From contig JAIVHO010000001.1 of the NCBI GenBank assembly GCA_020201035.1, positions 5,967-69,966 of the forward strand: a DNA stretch of 64,000 nt, in the 5' to 3' direction. This stretch comes from Bacteroidales bacterium. GTDB lineage: Bacteria; Bacteroidota; Bacteroidia; Bacteroidales; VadinHA17. A model generated the notes under the pieces. That model made no database searches, was not told the DNA's origin, and was given only the letters and a program-made list of their open reading frames with translations. Both the position numbers and the translations under genes were made by a program. Positions 1 to 8,272 of the stretch are shown here, piece after piece (the stretch's first letter is position 1; every line of letters begins with the position of its first letter).

Positions 1-729
1 ATTGGGCTCGATCCATATTCGCCCTCCCATATTTTCCACCAGTTTTCTGGCGAGTGACAGGCCCACAATATTAAAGGTGTTGATGTTTTTCAGGATGTAC
101 CCGTTTATCTTTGATGCAGTCAGCAGATCCTTTGAAAGTGCAAAACCCTCACCTGAATCGATAACGTAAAATATAACCCTGTGATCTGTCCTGCTGCATC
201 CCATCCTGATATAGCCTGAAGAGGTATTCTCCAGTGCATTGTGGAAAAGGTTAATAAAAACCCGGTGTACCTTCTCTTCGTCAACATAAATCTCATTCAT
301 TACCCCCTGAGGGTCCAGAATGAGTCTTAGATTTTCCTTTCCTGCCCTGGCAAGCACCCGGTTAAGATCTGCCATCACCCTGTTAAGCAGGTTGCCGATA
401 TCCTGCTTATGGAAGGTGTTTCCCGGATTTGTTGTCTCCAGAAGAGCTGAGTCAAGAAAATTATCAAAAAGTGTAATCAGCTGTTCAGCTGAGGTGATTA
501 TGTGTTCATTAAACTCTTTCTTTTCATTTTCGCTGCATTCATCGTTATTAAGGAGGTAAGAGAATGCAACTATGGAGTTCATATATGTTCTCACTTCATG
601 AGAGAGGCCTGTCAGAATTGTGGGACAACCCATTATTCCCTGCTGCCGTTTTGTTTCACCCGGCACTCCGCTAACTTCGTCTATTTTGGAAGTCTTTCCC
701 ACCTGCTGCTGGTTGTTAAATTTAAACAT
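1..729 (-). CDS. Sensor-less, degenerate histidine kinase (HisKA + HATPase_c), runs off the left edge
   Basis: Manual translation from ATG at 729: MFKFNNQQQ...LTGLSHEVRTYMNSIVAFS (H-box)...NLFHNALENT (N-box)...VIDSGEG (G1)...NIVGLSLARKLVENMGGRIWIEPN. Not in the ORF track because there is no stop in the window. Confidence 0.85.
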   Translation of the reverse strand, partial: MFKFNNQQQVGKTSKIDEVSGVPGETKRQQGIMGCPTILTGLSHEVRTYMNSIVAFSYLLNNDECSENEKKEFNEHIITSAEQLITLFDNFLDSALLETTNPGNTFHKQDIGNLLNRVMADLNRVLARAGKENLRLILDPQGVMNEIYVDEEKVHRVFINLFHNALENTSSGYIRMGCSRTDHRVIFYVIDSGEGFALSKDLLTASKINGYILKNINTFNIVGLSLARKLVENMGGRIWIEPN

Positions 730-751
730 ATCTGCTGGCACAAGAGTATTA

Positions 752-1516
752 TTATCTGATTTTCCGCAGGCTCTTTCTGGCCATTTTACTGTAGCGGTTG
801 CCGGAGTCTGCTGCTATGGCTTCAAATGTGGCTATCGCTTTCTCCCTTGCATCGATATTGAGATAACAGACACCAAGATACCATCTTGCATCTTCGATAA
901 AGAGGTTGTCATTGTGTGATATCACCTTCTCAAACGGGTTTATGGCATCTTTATACTCTTCAAGATGCATCTTTGAGACTCCAAGCATAAAGGAGGTCTT
1001 GACACCCTCTTCATTCTTCTCTGCCAGGATCTTCTCAAAGCATGTAACTGCTGCCAGGTAATCACCCCTGTTATACAGGCTTACTGCCATATCCCAGATT
1101 ATGTTGCTGTTACTGGTATCGTCACCCCTGACGTTTATTATCACAGGATCAACAGAGCTGATTGTTGTGGAAGTGATTTTATCAATTCTGTTACTGATGC
1201 TTCCGGGGAAGGTAAAGAACAGTGTTCCCAGAATTACCAGTCCTGCAAAGAGGGCAGCATACTGCACCGCTCCATTTTTTACTTTCCGGGCTGCGGGCGT
1301 CAGCTTTCTGTGACGCTCTCCGGCAGCCTGCAATTTCTGACGGAAATCAATTACTTCCTTATCTCCGGCATAGATATTTGCTTTACGGCGAAGAGTTAAT
1401 TCCTGCTGCAGCCACTGGTTGCCCTGAAGTTCCTTTTCAAACCAGCTCCGCTCATCTTTTGACATTTCGTTATCGAGATAGCGTTCGATAAAATGTGTCA
1501 GTTCAATTTTTTCCAT
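752..1516 (-). CDS. Anti-sigma-like membrane protein: N-terminal helical domain, single TM, C-terminal TPR repeats
   Basis: N-term IERYLDNEMSKDERSWFEKEL resembles anti-sigma domains; TM AALFAGLVILGTLFFTF; TPR motifs AVSLYNRGDYLAAVTCFEKIL and ARWYLGVCYLNIDAREKAIATFE; ECF sigma nearby. Confidence 0.75.
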   Translation of the reverse strand: MEKIELTHFIERYLDNEMSKDERSWFEKELQGNQWLQQELTLRRKANIYAGDKEVIDFRQKLQAAGERHRKLTPAARKVKNGAVQYAALFAGLVILGTLFFTFPGSISNRIDKITSTTISSVDPVIINVRGDDTSNSNIIWDMAVSLYNRGDYLAAVTCFEKILAEKNEEGVKTSFMLGVSKMHLEEYKDAINPFEKVISHNDNLFIEDARWYLGVCYLNIDAREKAIATFEAIAADSGNRYSKMARKSLRKIR

Positions 1517-1594
1517 TGTTATATCCGGTTCATTTGTTTAACCATTGCTGCGCCACCGGGCGTATCATCATTGCGCTACTGCGCATTTAACTAA

Positions 1595-1637
1595 GTGACC
1601 TGTAACGGGTACCGTGATCTGTAACTGGTGCCGTAAC
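1595..1637. repeat. Imperfect 19-bp tandem repeat (2 copies plus partial) upstream of the TPR gene
   Basis: gtgacctgtaacgggtacc / gtgatctgtaactggtgcc / gtaac. Confidence 0.5.
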
Positions 1638-1963
1638 ACCTTGGAGATCTTTAATTACCTGCCAGGTAATTACCTCATGGCCCGCAGAGACCGGTCTGCC
1701 CCGTTATTTTCCATTCCGGACATAGCCGGCTGCTTTTTATGATCTTGATCCCTCTGAAACCTTTTCTCCGGGAAGGCAGCTTTCTGTGGTTCCTGTTTCT
1801 GATCGGCATCAGAGAGCAGGGAATGACCATATCAGGTCATGTTCACATCAGTTTGCTTAATCCCGGGGTTCGGTTACGGGCCTTTCATAAGCACGCCTGC
1901 CACCCTTCACGGATTTCCAATACATCAATTGCCGGACTCGTCTCCCCGGCAGGAGTAATTTTA

Positions 1964-2110
1964 TTATAATTCAGGATCACTGGTAACAGGAGGTACTATT
2001 GAACCTTTTTCGGGATCACCGTCACCACCGCGTACTGTTATCATCTCTTCGTTTGAAAGAACATACTCATTGAAAATGTCAAATGCTGTTTCCTTAATAG
2101 TAGTTTTCAT
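1964..2110 (-). CDS. 48-aa double-glycine leader precursor peptide
   Basis: Manual translation MKTTIKETAFDIFNEYVLSNEEMITVRGG|DGDPEKGSIVPPVTSDPEL followed by TAA TAA. LSxEEMxxVxGG matches the double-glycine leader consensus; A-rich upstream region; C39 transporter 4 kb away. Confidence 0.85.
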   Translation of the reverse strand: MKTTIKETAFDIFNEYVLSNEEMITVRGGDGDPEKGSIVPPVTSDPEL

Positions 2111-2363
2111 AATCACTTTTTTTTGGGTTACACTTTTTTGTTTACCGGGTTATAAATTACGTTTCATTAATACATATCACTTGACCCCCATTTGTGACAC
2201 GGAAAAATGAACTATTTTTCAATTATTTTATATAATAACTGAATATGAGGTGTTTACGAGGGTGATTTTTTTCGCTTTTGTTTTCCGCCGGTTCCGGTGA
2301 GGATGGATCAATCATTTTTTATACTTTTCGGAGATTTTAAATTCAGGCATCACAGTTTCTTTT

Positions 2364-5300
2364 ATGAAAAACATTACCCTGCGGTTAATTATTATTCTAC
2401 TCATTCTGCTGCTAGCACCATCTATTGTCTGCGGCTCCCGGTATGATAACGGTTTCCGGAATGAAGTGAATAAGGAAACAGACCTTGATGCTATGATTGA
2501 GCAGCTTAAGCGCAGGCTGCTGCTGTCTGACTACAGTACCGGCACAGCCAGATTGCACAGGAGGATAATGGATCAACTCAGCCGCGGAGAGGATCTGCCG
2601 CCTCTTATTCAATCTGATGGCTGGTATTATGCAGGATTTTATTACCAGAGTGAGACTATAAATCGCCCCGACAGTGCAATTCACTGCTTTACGGAGTCAG
2701 TGCGTATCAAGGAGGATAATGAGATATATGATGAAAATCTGTCAAAGGCCTATGGTAACCTCGGGCTTATACATCTTAATCAGGAAGATCCTGCAATGGC
2801 TGTCAGATATCTGGAGGAGGGGCTTTACATACGGCAGGACCTTTTTGGCAGCGGGCATGAAAAAACGCTGATTCCGTTACTGAACCTTTCCGCTGCCTAT
2901 ATAGATGCAGCGCTCTACGAAGAGGCACTGGAAACGGCCCTGAGGGGGTTATCTGTAAACAGTGTGTTAAACCGGCCCAACTCACCGGAGAGCATTAAGT
3001 TTTATACAAATGCCGGCATAGCGTCAATGCGCATGGGGAACTATGCCAACAGCAGAAACTATTTCTCGGTAGCCTATAACAGTCTGGCCGCAGGTGATTA
3101 CACTGATAATTCACTGATGTTTTCAATACTTAACGGTCTGGGTGTTTCACTGAGGTTTATGGATAATAACGAGGAGGCAGCACGGTGGTTTTCAAAAGGT
3201 GAATCACTTTATAATAGTGATTTCCCGGTTACCCGGTCTACACTCTCAATGATTTCCAACTACGGGTTTCTGCTTGCCGAGACCGGGGATACCGTATCAG
3301 CCCTGCATCAGATTAATTCAGTTGTAGAAAGGGCCGGGAAGGAGTATGGTACAGAGAGTCCCAACCACTTATGGTCTCTTGAACTTCTGGCTTACTATTA
3401 TACGGTATATGGGGGCGATCCCGGTAAAGGGGAGGAGATATACAAGCGGCTTGAAGAGTCTCTTGGTAACACTCCATGGAACAGGGTATTAAATAATACG
3501 GTACAGTACGGGTACGCCCGGTCGCTCTCCATGACAGGTAAAAAGAGTGAGGCACTGGAGAGGGTAAATGGGATTCTGAGCGACTCGTTGCTATCAGCCA
3601 ACAAGATAAAGCTGATAACCCTGACTTTAAAAAGGGAAATTTTGTCGGATCTCTACTCAGCTGAGAATGATATAAATTACCTGATGATTGCATATAATAC
3701 TGCCGCTGAAGCGGTGGAGCTGTATGATGTTCTGCGTAATGATATATCGAGCGAAGAGAGTGATATAATGATGGGAAGCCGATACAGGGAGGTATATGAG
3801 GATTGTGTAGCTACCCTGCACCGACTCTGGAAGGTTACAGGTGATCAGCAGTATCTTGATGAAGCCTTTAATTATGCAGAGAAGGCCAAGGCCTCATCCC
3901 TGCTTGCCTCTACCCGACAGCTGAGGGCGATGAACTTTCACCTGCCCGAAAAGATTGCCAGGCTTGAGAGAAGGCTGGGAAGCGAAATAAATACACTCTC
4001 TGAGCTGATATATAATGAGCGGTCAAACAGATATCCTGATAACGGAAAGGTATCCTCATGGGAGAAGATGAGGTTACAGACACAGATAAGCAGGGACAGT
4101 CTGAACAGGATTATTGAAAGGGACTACCCTGCATACAGCGATCTGAAGAATAACAGGGGAGCAGCCCAGTACCGTGATATAAGGAAGATGGGAGGCAGGA
4201 ACTCCGATTTTGTGGAGTTTTATGTTGCGGATTCTTTGCTGTACGTTTTCCTTATCAATAAATCATCCTTTCATGTAGATGAGATACATTTTTCAAAGAA
4301 GCTGCAGGATGAGATACTGGAGTTACGGGCAATAATAACCTCACCGGTAATAGAAACCGGTGCGCGGGAGCAGTTTGGCCGGTTTGTAACTCTTGCACAC
4401 TCCCTGTATGAGACTCTGCTGGGAGGTGTTGACGATTATTTCTCCACGCAGCGTCTTATTATAGCACCTGATAATATTCTCTCATACATACCCTTTGAAA
4501 TATTACTGGACAGGGAATATAGTACCGGTTCTCTTAATTACCGGAACCTTCCGTATCTCATTGATTCATATGATATACTCTACACCTATTCCGGAACACT
4601 ACTGAAGGAGACAGGGAAGGGAGGAAGGAGTTTTACAAACAGGGCACTGGTATTTGCCCCGGAGTACAGGGGTGATATTCCTGTTGATTCACTTATGATT
4701 ACCCGCCAGTGGGGTCAGAGAATGCTTAACCCGATTATGGGAGCACGGGAAGAGGCTGTCTATATAAGCGAAATGCTGGGAGGGGAACTATATCTCGATA
4801 GTGAAGCAACTGAATCCAGGTTCAGGCAGCGTGCCAACAGCATGCCGGTTATACATCTGGCAATGCATACCCTCCTGAATGACAGTGAGCCCATGTATTC
4901 AAGGATGGTATTCGATTTTAATGATGACGGACCTAACGACGGCAGGCTGAATACCTATGAAGTGTACGATATACCGGTTGAGAAGTCAAAAATGGTGGTT
5001 CTCAGTTCATGCAACACCGGGAGCGGACAGCTGAAAACAGGAGAGGGAGTACTGAGTCTTGCCCGCGGATTTTTCTACAGTGGCTCCCCAACAGTTATTA
5101 TGTCTTTGTGGGAGGTTGAAGATCAATCAGGCAGTGATATAGTTAAACTCTTCTATAAAAACCTGAAAAGGGGTTACTCAAAAAGCAAGGCACTAAGGAA
5201 AGCAAGGAGAGAGTACCTTGGTGAAGCGGTGCAGATGCGTTCACATCCATACTTCTGGGCTACGCTTGTTATAATGGGTGATGATACACCTATATTTTAC

Positions 5301-5396
5301 AATCTTCGGTTGTTTTCAGGTGTGTTGGTCTTTCTTCTGCTGGTTATTGCAGGGATTGTTACTTATTTTAAGTTCAGATCAGTAAAGGCTTCATAA
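2364..5396 (+). CDS. TPR-CHAT domain protease (caspase/separase clan CD), signal peptide and C-terminal TM anchor
   Basis: Hydrophobic N-term; TPR repeats (AYGNLGLIHLNQ, LNGLGVSL); CHAT motifs LIIAPDNILSYIPFE, VIHLAMHT (His), VVLSSCNTG (Cys), GEGVLSLARGF, MSLWEVED, ALRKA, HPYFWA; C-term TM LFSGVLVFLLLVIAGIVTYF. Confidence 0.9.
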   Translation: MKNITLRLIIILLILLLAPSIVCGSRYDNGFRNEVNKETDLDAMIEQLKRRLLLSDYSTGTARLHRRIMDQLSRGEDLPPLIQSDGWYYAGFYYQSETINRPDSAIHCFTESVRIKEDNEIYDENLSKAYGNLGLIHLNQEDPAMAVRYLEEGLYIRQDLFGSGHEKTLIPLLNLSAAYIDAALYEEALETALRGLSVNSVLNRPNSPESIKFYTNAGIASMRMGNYANSRNYFSVAYNSLAAGDYTDNSLMFSILNGLGVSLRFMDNNEEAARWFSKGESLYNSDFPVTRSTLSMISNYGFLLAETGDTVSALHQINSVVERAGKEYGTESPNHLWSLELLAYYYTVYGGDPGKGEEIYKRLEESLGNTPWNRVLNNTVQYGYARSLSMTGKKSEALERVNGILSDSLLSANKIKLITLTLKREILSDLYSAENDINYLMIAYNTAAEAVELYDVLRNDISSEESDIMMGSRYREVYEDCVATLHRLWKVTGDQQYLDEAFNYAEKAKASSLLASTRQLRAMNFHLPEKIARLERRLGSEINTLSELIYNERSNRYPDNGKVSSWEKMRLQTQISRDSLNRIIERDYPAYSDLKNNRGAAQYRDIRKMGGRNSDFVEFYVADSLLYVFLINKSSFHVDEIHFSKKLQDEILELRAIITSPVIETGAREQFGRFVTLAHSLYETLLGGVDDYFSTQRLIIAPDNILSYIPFEILLDREYSTGSLNYRNLPYLIDSYDILYTYSGTLLKETGKGGRSFTNRALVFAPEYRGDIPVDSLMITRQWGQRMLNPIMGAREEAVYISEMLGGELYLDSEATESRFRQRANSMPVIHLAMHTLLNDSEPMYSRMVFDFNDDGPNDGRLNTYEVYDIPVEKSKMVVLSSCNTGSGQLKTGEGVLSLARGFFYSGSPTVIMSLWEVEDQSGSDIVKLFYKNLKRGYSKSKALRKARREYLGEAVQMRSHPYFWATLVIMGDDTPIFYNLRLFSGVLVFLLLVIAGIVTYFKFRSVKAS

Positions 5397-5932
5397 TCAG
5401 GATCTTTTCTTATTATCTTTAGCAGGGTCTCCTTTGAAAGGTACTTCTTGCGTCTGGCGTATCCCTCTGATTTATAATTCATGACCCTGGCAATATGGTC
5501 ATAATCATGGCCCTCCATATGAAGCTCAAGCACCTTTCTGCATTCAGGGTCAAGCTTAAGGAATGAGCGTTGAACTATTTGTTCAATGGGAGTATCCAGG
5601 AGGCTGGATATGTCGTCTTCATCGGCCACGTCAACCTCTTTCTGTGATATTCTTCTTACTCTCCTGAGCTGAATACTCCACATATTTCTGGCAATAATAA
5701 AGAGGTAGCCCTTCAGGTCTGTTGTAAGCTCAATATGATTTTCACTAACCTTTTTAAACAGCGCAACCATTGCATCCTGAAAAATGTCATAGGCATCATC
5801 TTCCGTGCCGGAATTCTTTATAATATGATTCCGGATCAGATCAAAGTAATTGTTATAGAGATAATTAAGTGTATAGTCGTCGCCCCGTCTTATTCCCTCT
5901 ATAAGCTTTTTATCTGAGTGTCTGCCAAACAC
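5363..5932 (-). CDS. ECF-type RNA polymerase sigma factor
   Basis: 189 aa; region 2 DDAYDIFQDAMVALF...LKGYLFIIARNMW; region 4 LDPECRKVLELH...YDHIARVMNY; overlaps the CHAT 3' end convergently by 34 bp. Confidence 0.9.
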   Translation of the reverse strand: MFGRHSDKKLIEGIRRGDDYTLNYLYNNYFDLIRNHIIKNSGTEDDAYDIFQDAMVALFKKVSENHIELTTDLKGYLFIIARNMWSIQLRRVRRISQKEVDVADEDDISSLLDTPIEQIVQRSFLKLDPECRKVLELHMEGHDYDHIARVMNYKSEGYARRKKYLSKETLLKIIRKDPDYEAFTDLNLK

Positions 5933-5952
5933 TGAAGTGAAGATTGTTTCGA

Positions 5953-5960
5953 CAAATATA
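5953..5960 (-). promoter_or_regulatory. Bacteroidota housekeeping -7 box for the ECF sigma gene
   Basis: TATATTTG on minus strand (TAnnTTTG consensus), about 20 bp upstream of the GTG start. Confidence 0.55.
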
Positions 5961-6085
5961 CTATTTCCGTCTAAAAAGAGTCATGACATGTACAATTATG
6001 ACAGGGTTAAACCCTCAGGTAATCCATTTGGAAGGAATTAAAATATGGATATCTTTACCACTCAAATTTGTATCTGACAAAAATT

Positions 6086-8272
6086 ATGTCCTTTCCTTTC
6101 GAGCGCCAACCTGATGCAATGGACTGTGGCCCTGTCTGTCTGAAGATGGTTGCCCGGTACTATGGCCGGCAGCTTTCGCTGCCTTCGCTGAGAGAGAAAA
6201 GCTATATAACCCGTGAAGGTGTTTCGTTTCTCGGGTTGTCAGAAGCTGCTGAGGGCGTAGGGCTAAGGACGATAGGGGTAAGGGTCCCTTTCAGCAAGCT
6301 GAAGGAGGATGTCCCCCTTCCGGCTATTGCGCACTGGCGGCAGAGGCATTTTGTGGTTATTTACCGGATAAAGGGAGAAAAGGTTTATGTTGCTGATCCG
6401 GCAATAGGGAAGGTTGTATACAGCAGGGAAGAATTTGAGAAGCTGTGGGCAGCAACGGATATTGACGGTGAGAAGCATGGCCTGGTAATGATACTTCAGC
6501 CAACTCCTGAGTTCTTTGAGGCGGGTGATGACAAGGAGCAGAAGGGCGGCTTCAGGTTTTTGATGAGGTATGTCAATCTCTATCGCAGATATTTTTTTCA
6601 GCTTATACTGGGTCTGCTGATCGGCAGCCTTATACAGCTGATTTTTCCTTTTCTCACCCAGGCAATAATTGATGTTGGTATCAATACCAATAATCTGGAT
6701 TTTATCTACATCATTCTTATAGCGCAGCTGGCACTGGTGGTCGGAAGAATGTCGGTTGACTTTATAAGGGGATGGCTGCTGCTCCATATAGGGACACGTG
6801 TAAATGTAGGTATTGTTTCAGGATTCCTGAATAAACTGATGTCACTCCCTGTCTCCTATTTCGATACAAAGCTTACCGGTGACCTTTTACAGCGGATTGA
6901 TGATAACCAGCGAATTGAAAACTTCCTGACAACCACTACCCTGAATATTCTCTTCTCCTTCTTCAATATTATCGTATTCGGTCTGGTGCTTGCCATTTAC
7001 AACCTAAAGATTGTGCTGGTTTTCCTGCTGGGAACAATTCTCTATATTACATGGGTATCGCTCTTTATGAAGAAGCGTGCTGTTCTTGATCACAAGAGGT
7101 TTAAGCAGATGTCGGCAAACAACAGCAAGCTGATTGAGATTGTGAACGGGATGCAGGAGATAAAGCTTACTCAGAGTGAAACAAGCAAGCGGTGGGACTG
7201 GGAGAATCTGCAGGCTGCACTCTTTAAGACCCGTATTGAATCGCTCGGACTTTTTCAGTACCAGACAGCAGGGGGTAAACTTATCAATGAGGTCTCAAAT
7301 ATTGTTATCACCATTATTGCTGCTGCCTCCGTCCTGAGTGGTGAAATGACACTTGGTATGATGCTGGCTGTGCAGTTTATTATAGGGCAGTTAAATATGC
7401 CTGTCAACCAGATGGTTGGATTTTTCAGGACAGCACAGGATGCCAGGATGAGCCTCGACAGGCTGGCTGAGGTTCATAACCTTGATGATGAGGAGAGTGA
7501 AGATGCCATGAAGGTAAGGGTATTGCCCGGGAACAGGAATATATATATCAACAATCTCTCGTTTCAGTATGAAGGTCCACGCTCACCATGGGCAATAAAA
7601 GGTATTGATATGGTTATACCGGCCAGCAGTGTGACCGCGGTTGTTGGCACCAGCGGAAGCGGCAAAACCACCCTGATGAAGATGATACTGGGTTTTTACA
7701 AACCTGTTGAAGGCGATATACTGGTAGGTGATACCTCGCTTAATAATTTAAGTCTCAGGTTGTGGCGTGAAAGGTGTGGTGTAGTTATGCAGGATGGCTA
7801 CATCTTTCCCGAAACAATTGCTTATAATATAGCACCGGGAGTTGAGACAATAGATGAGGAGATGCTGGCCAGAGCATCCGCACTCTCAAATGTAAGGGAG
7901 TTTGCAGAAAAGCTGCCTCTGGGATACAATACCCGGATAGGTTTGAACGGCCACGGACTGAGTCATGGACAGAAGCAGAGAATTCTTATCGCCAGGGCGG
8001 TATACAAGGATCCGGACTTCCTCTTTTTTGATGAAGCAACAAACTCTCTGGATGCCGGTAATGAGAAAGTTATTATAAATAACATGACTGACTTTTTTGC
8101 CGGTAAAACAGTTATGGTGATTGCACACAGGCTATCCACTGTAAGGGATGCGGATCAGATCATTGTGATGGATGATGGTAAGGTAGTTGAGACGGGCACA
8201 CATGATGAACTGTCGGCGCGGAAGGGATTTTACTATAATCTGGTTCGGAACCAGCTTGAACTGGGAGGGTAA
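6086..8272 (+). CDS. Peptidase C39-containing ABC transporter (PCAT)
   Basis: QPDAMDCGPVCL (catalytic Cys), HWRQRHFVV (His), VADP (Asp); multi-TM domain; Walker A GTSGSGKT, signature LSHGQKQR, Walker B FFDEATNSLD, IAHRLST; ATG at 6086 preferred over TTG at 6068. Confidence 0.95.
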   Translation: MSFPFERQPDAMDCGPVCLKMVARYYGRQLSLPSLREKSYITREGVSFLGLSEAAEGVGLRTIGVRVPFSKLKEDVPLPAIAHWRQRHFVVIYRIKGEKVYVADPAIGKVVYSREEFEKLWAATDIDGEKHGLVMILQPTPEFFEAGDDKEQKGGFRFLMRYVNLYRRYFFQLILGLLIGSLIQLIFPFLTQAIIDVGINTNNLDFIYIILIAQLALVVGRMSVDFIRGWLLLHIGTRVNVGIVSGFLNKLMSLPVSYFDTKLTGDLLQRIDDNQRIENFLTTTTLNILFSFFNIIVFGLVLAIYNLKIVLVFLLGTILYITWVSLFMKKRAVLDHKRFKQMSANNSKLIEIVNGMQEIKLTQSETSKRWDWENLQAALFKTRIESLGLFQYQTAGGKLINEVSNIVITIIAAASVLSGEMTLGMMLAVQFIIGQLNMPVNQMVGFFRTAQDARMSLDRLAEVHNLDDEESEDAMKVRVLPGNRNIYINNLSFQYEGPRSPWAIKGIDMVIPASSVTAVVGTSGSGKTTLMKMILGFYKPVEGDILVGDTSLNNLSLRLWRERCGVVMQDGYIFPETIAYNIAPGVETIDEEMLARASALSNVREFAEKLPLGYNTRIGLNGHGLSHGQKQRILIARAVYKDPDFLFFDEATNSLDAGNEKVIINNMTDFFAGKTVMVIAHRLSTVRDADQIIVMDDGKVVETGTHDELSARKGFYYNLVRNQLELGG

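Noticed and set aside
320-919. Three short plus-strand ORFs
   Set aside because: Antisense to the histidine kinase and TPR genes on the minus strand.
1739-1969. 76-aa plus-strand ORF (and a roughly 51-codon minus-strand ORF) in the peptide/anti-sigma gap
   Set aside because: No recognisable motif or second GG leader; composition looks non-coding.
2364-5932. Type III-E CRISPR Craspase (Csx29/Csx30/RpoE) module
   Set aside because: No Cas7-11 or array; the CHAT protein has a signal peptide and TM anchor, so it is only an analogy.
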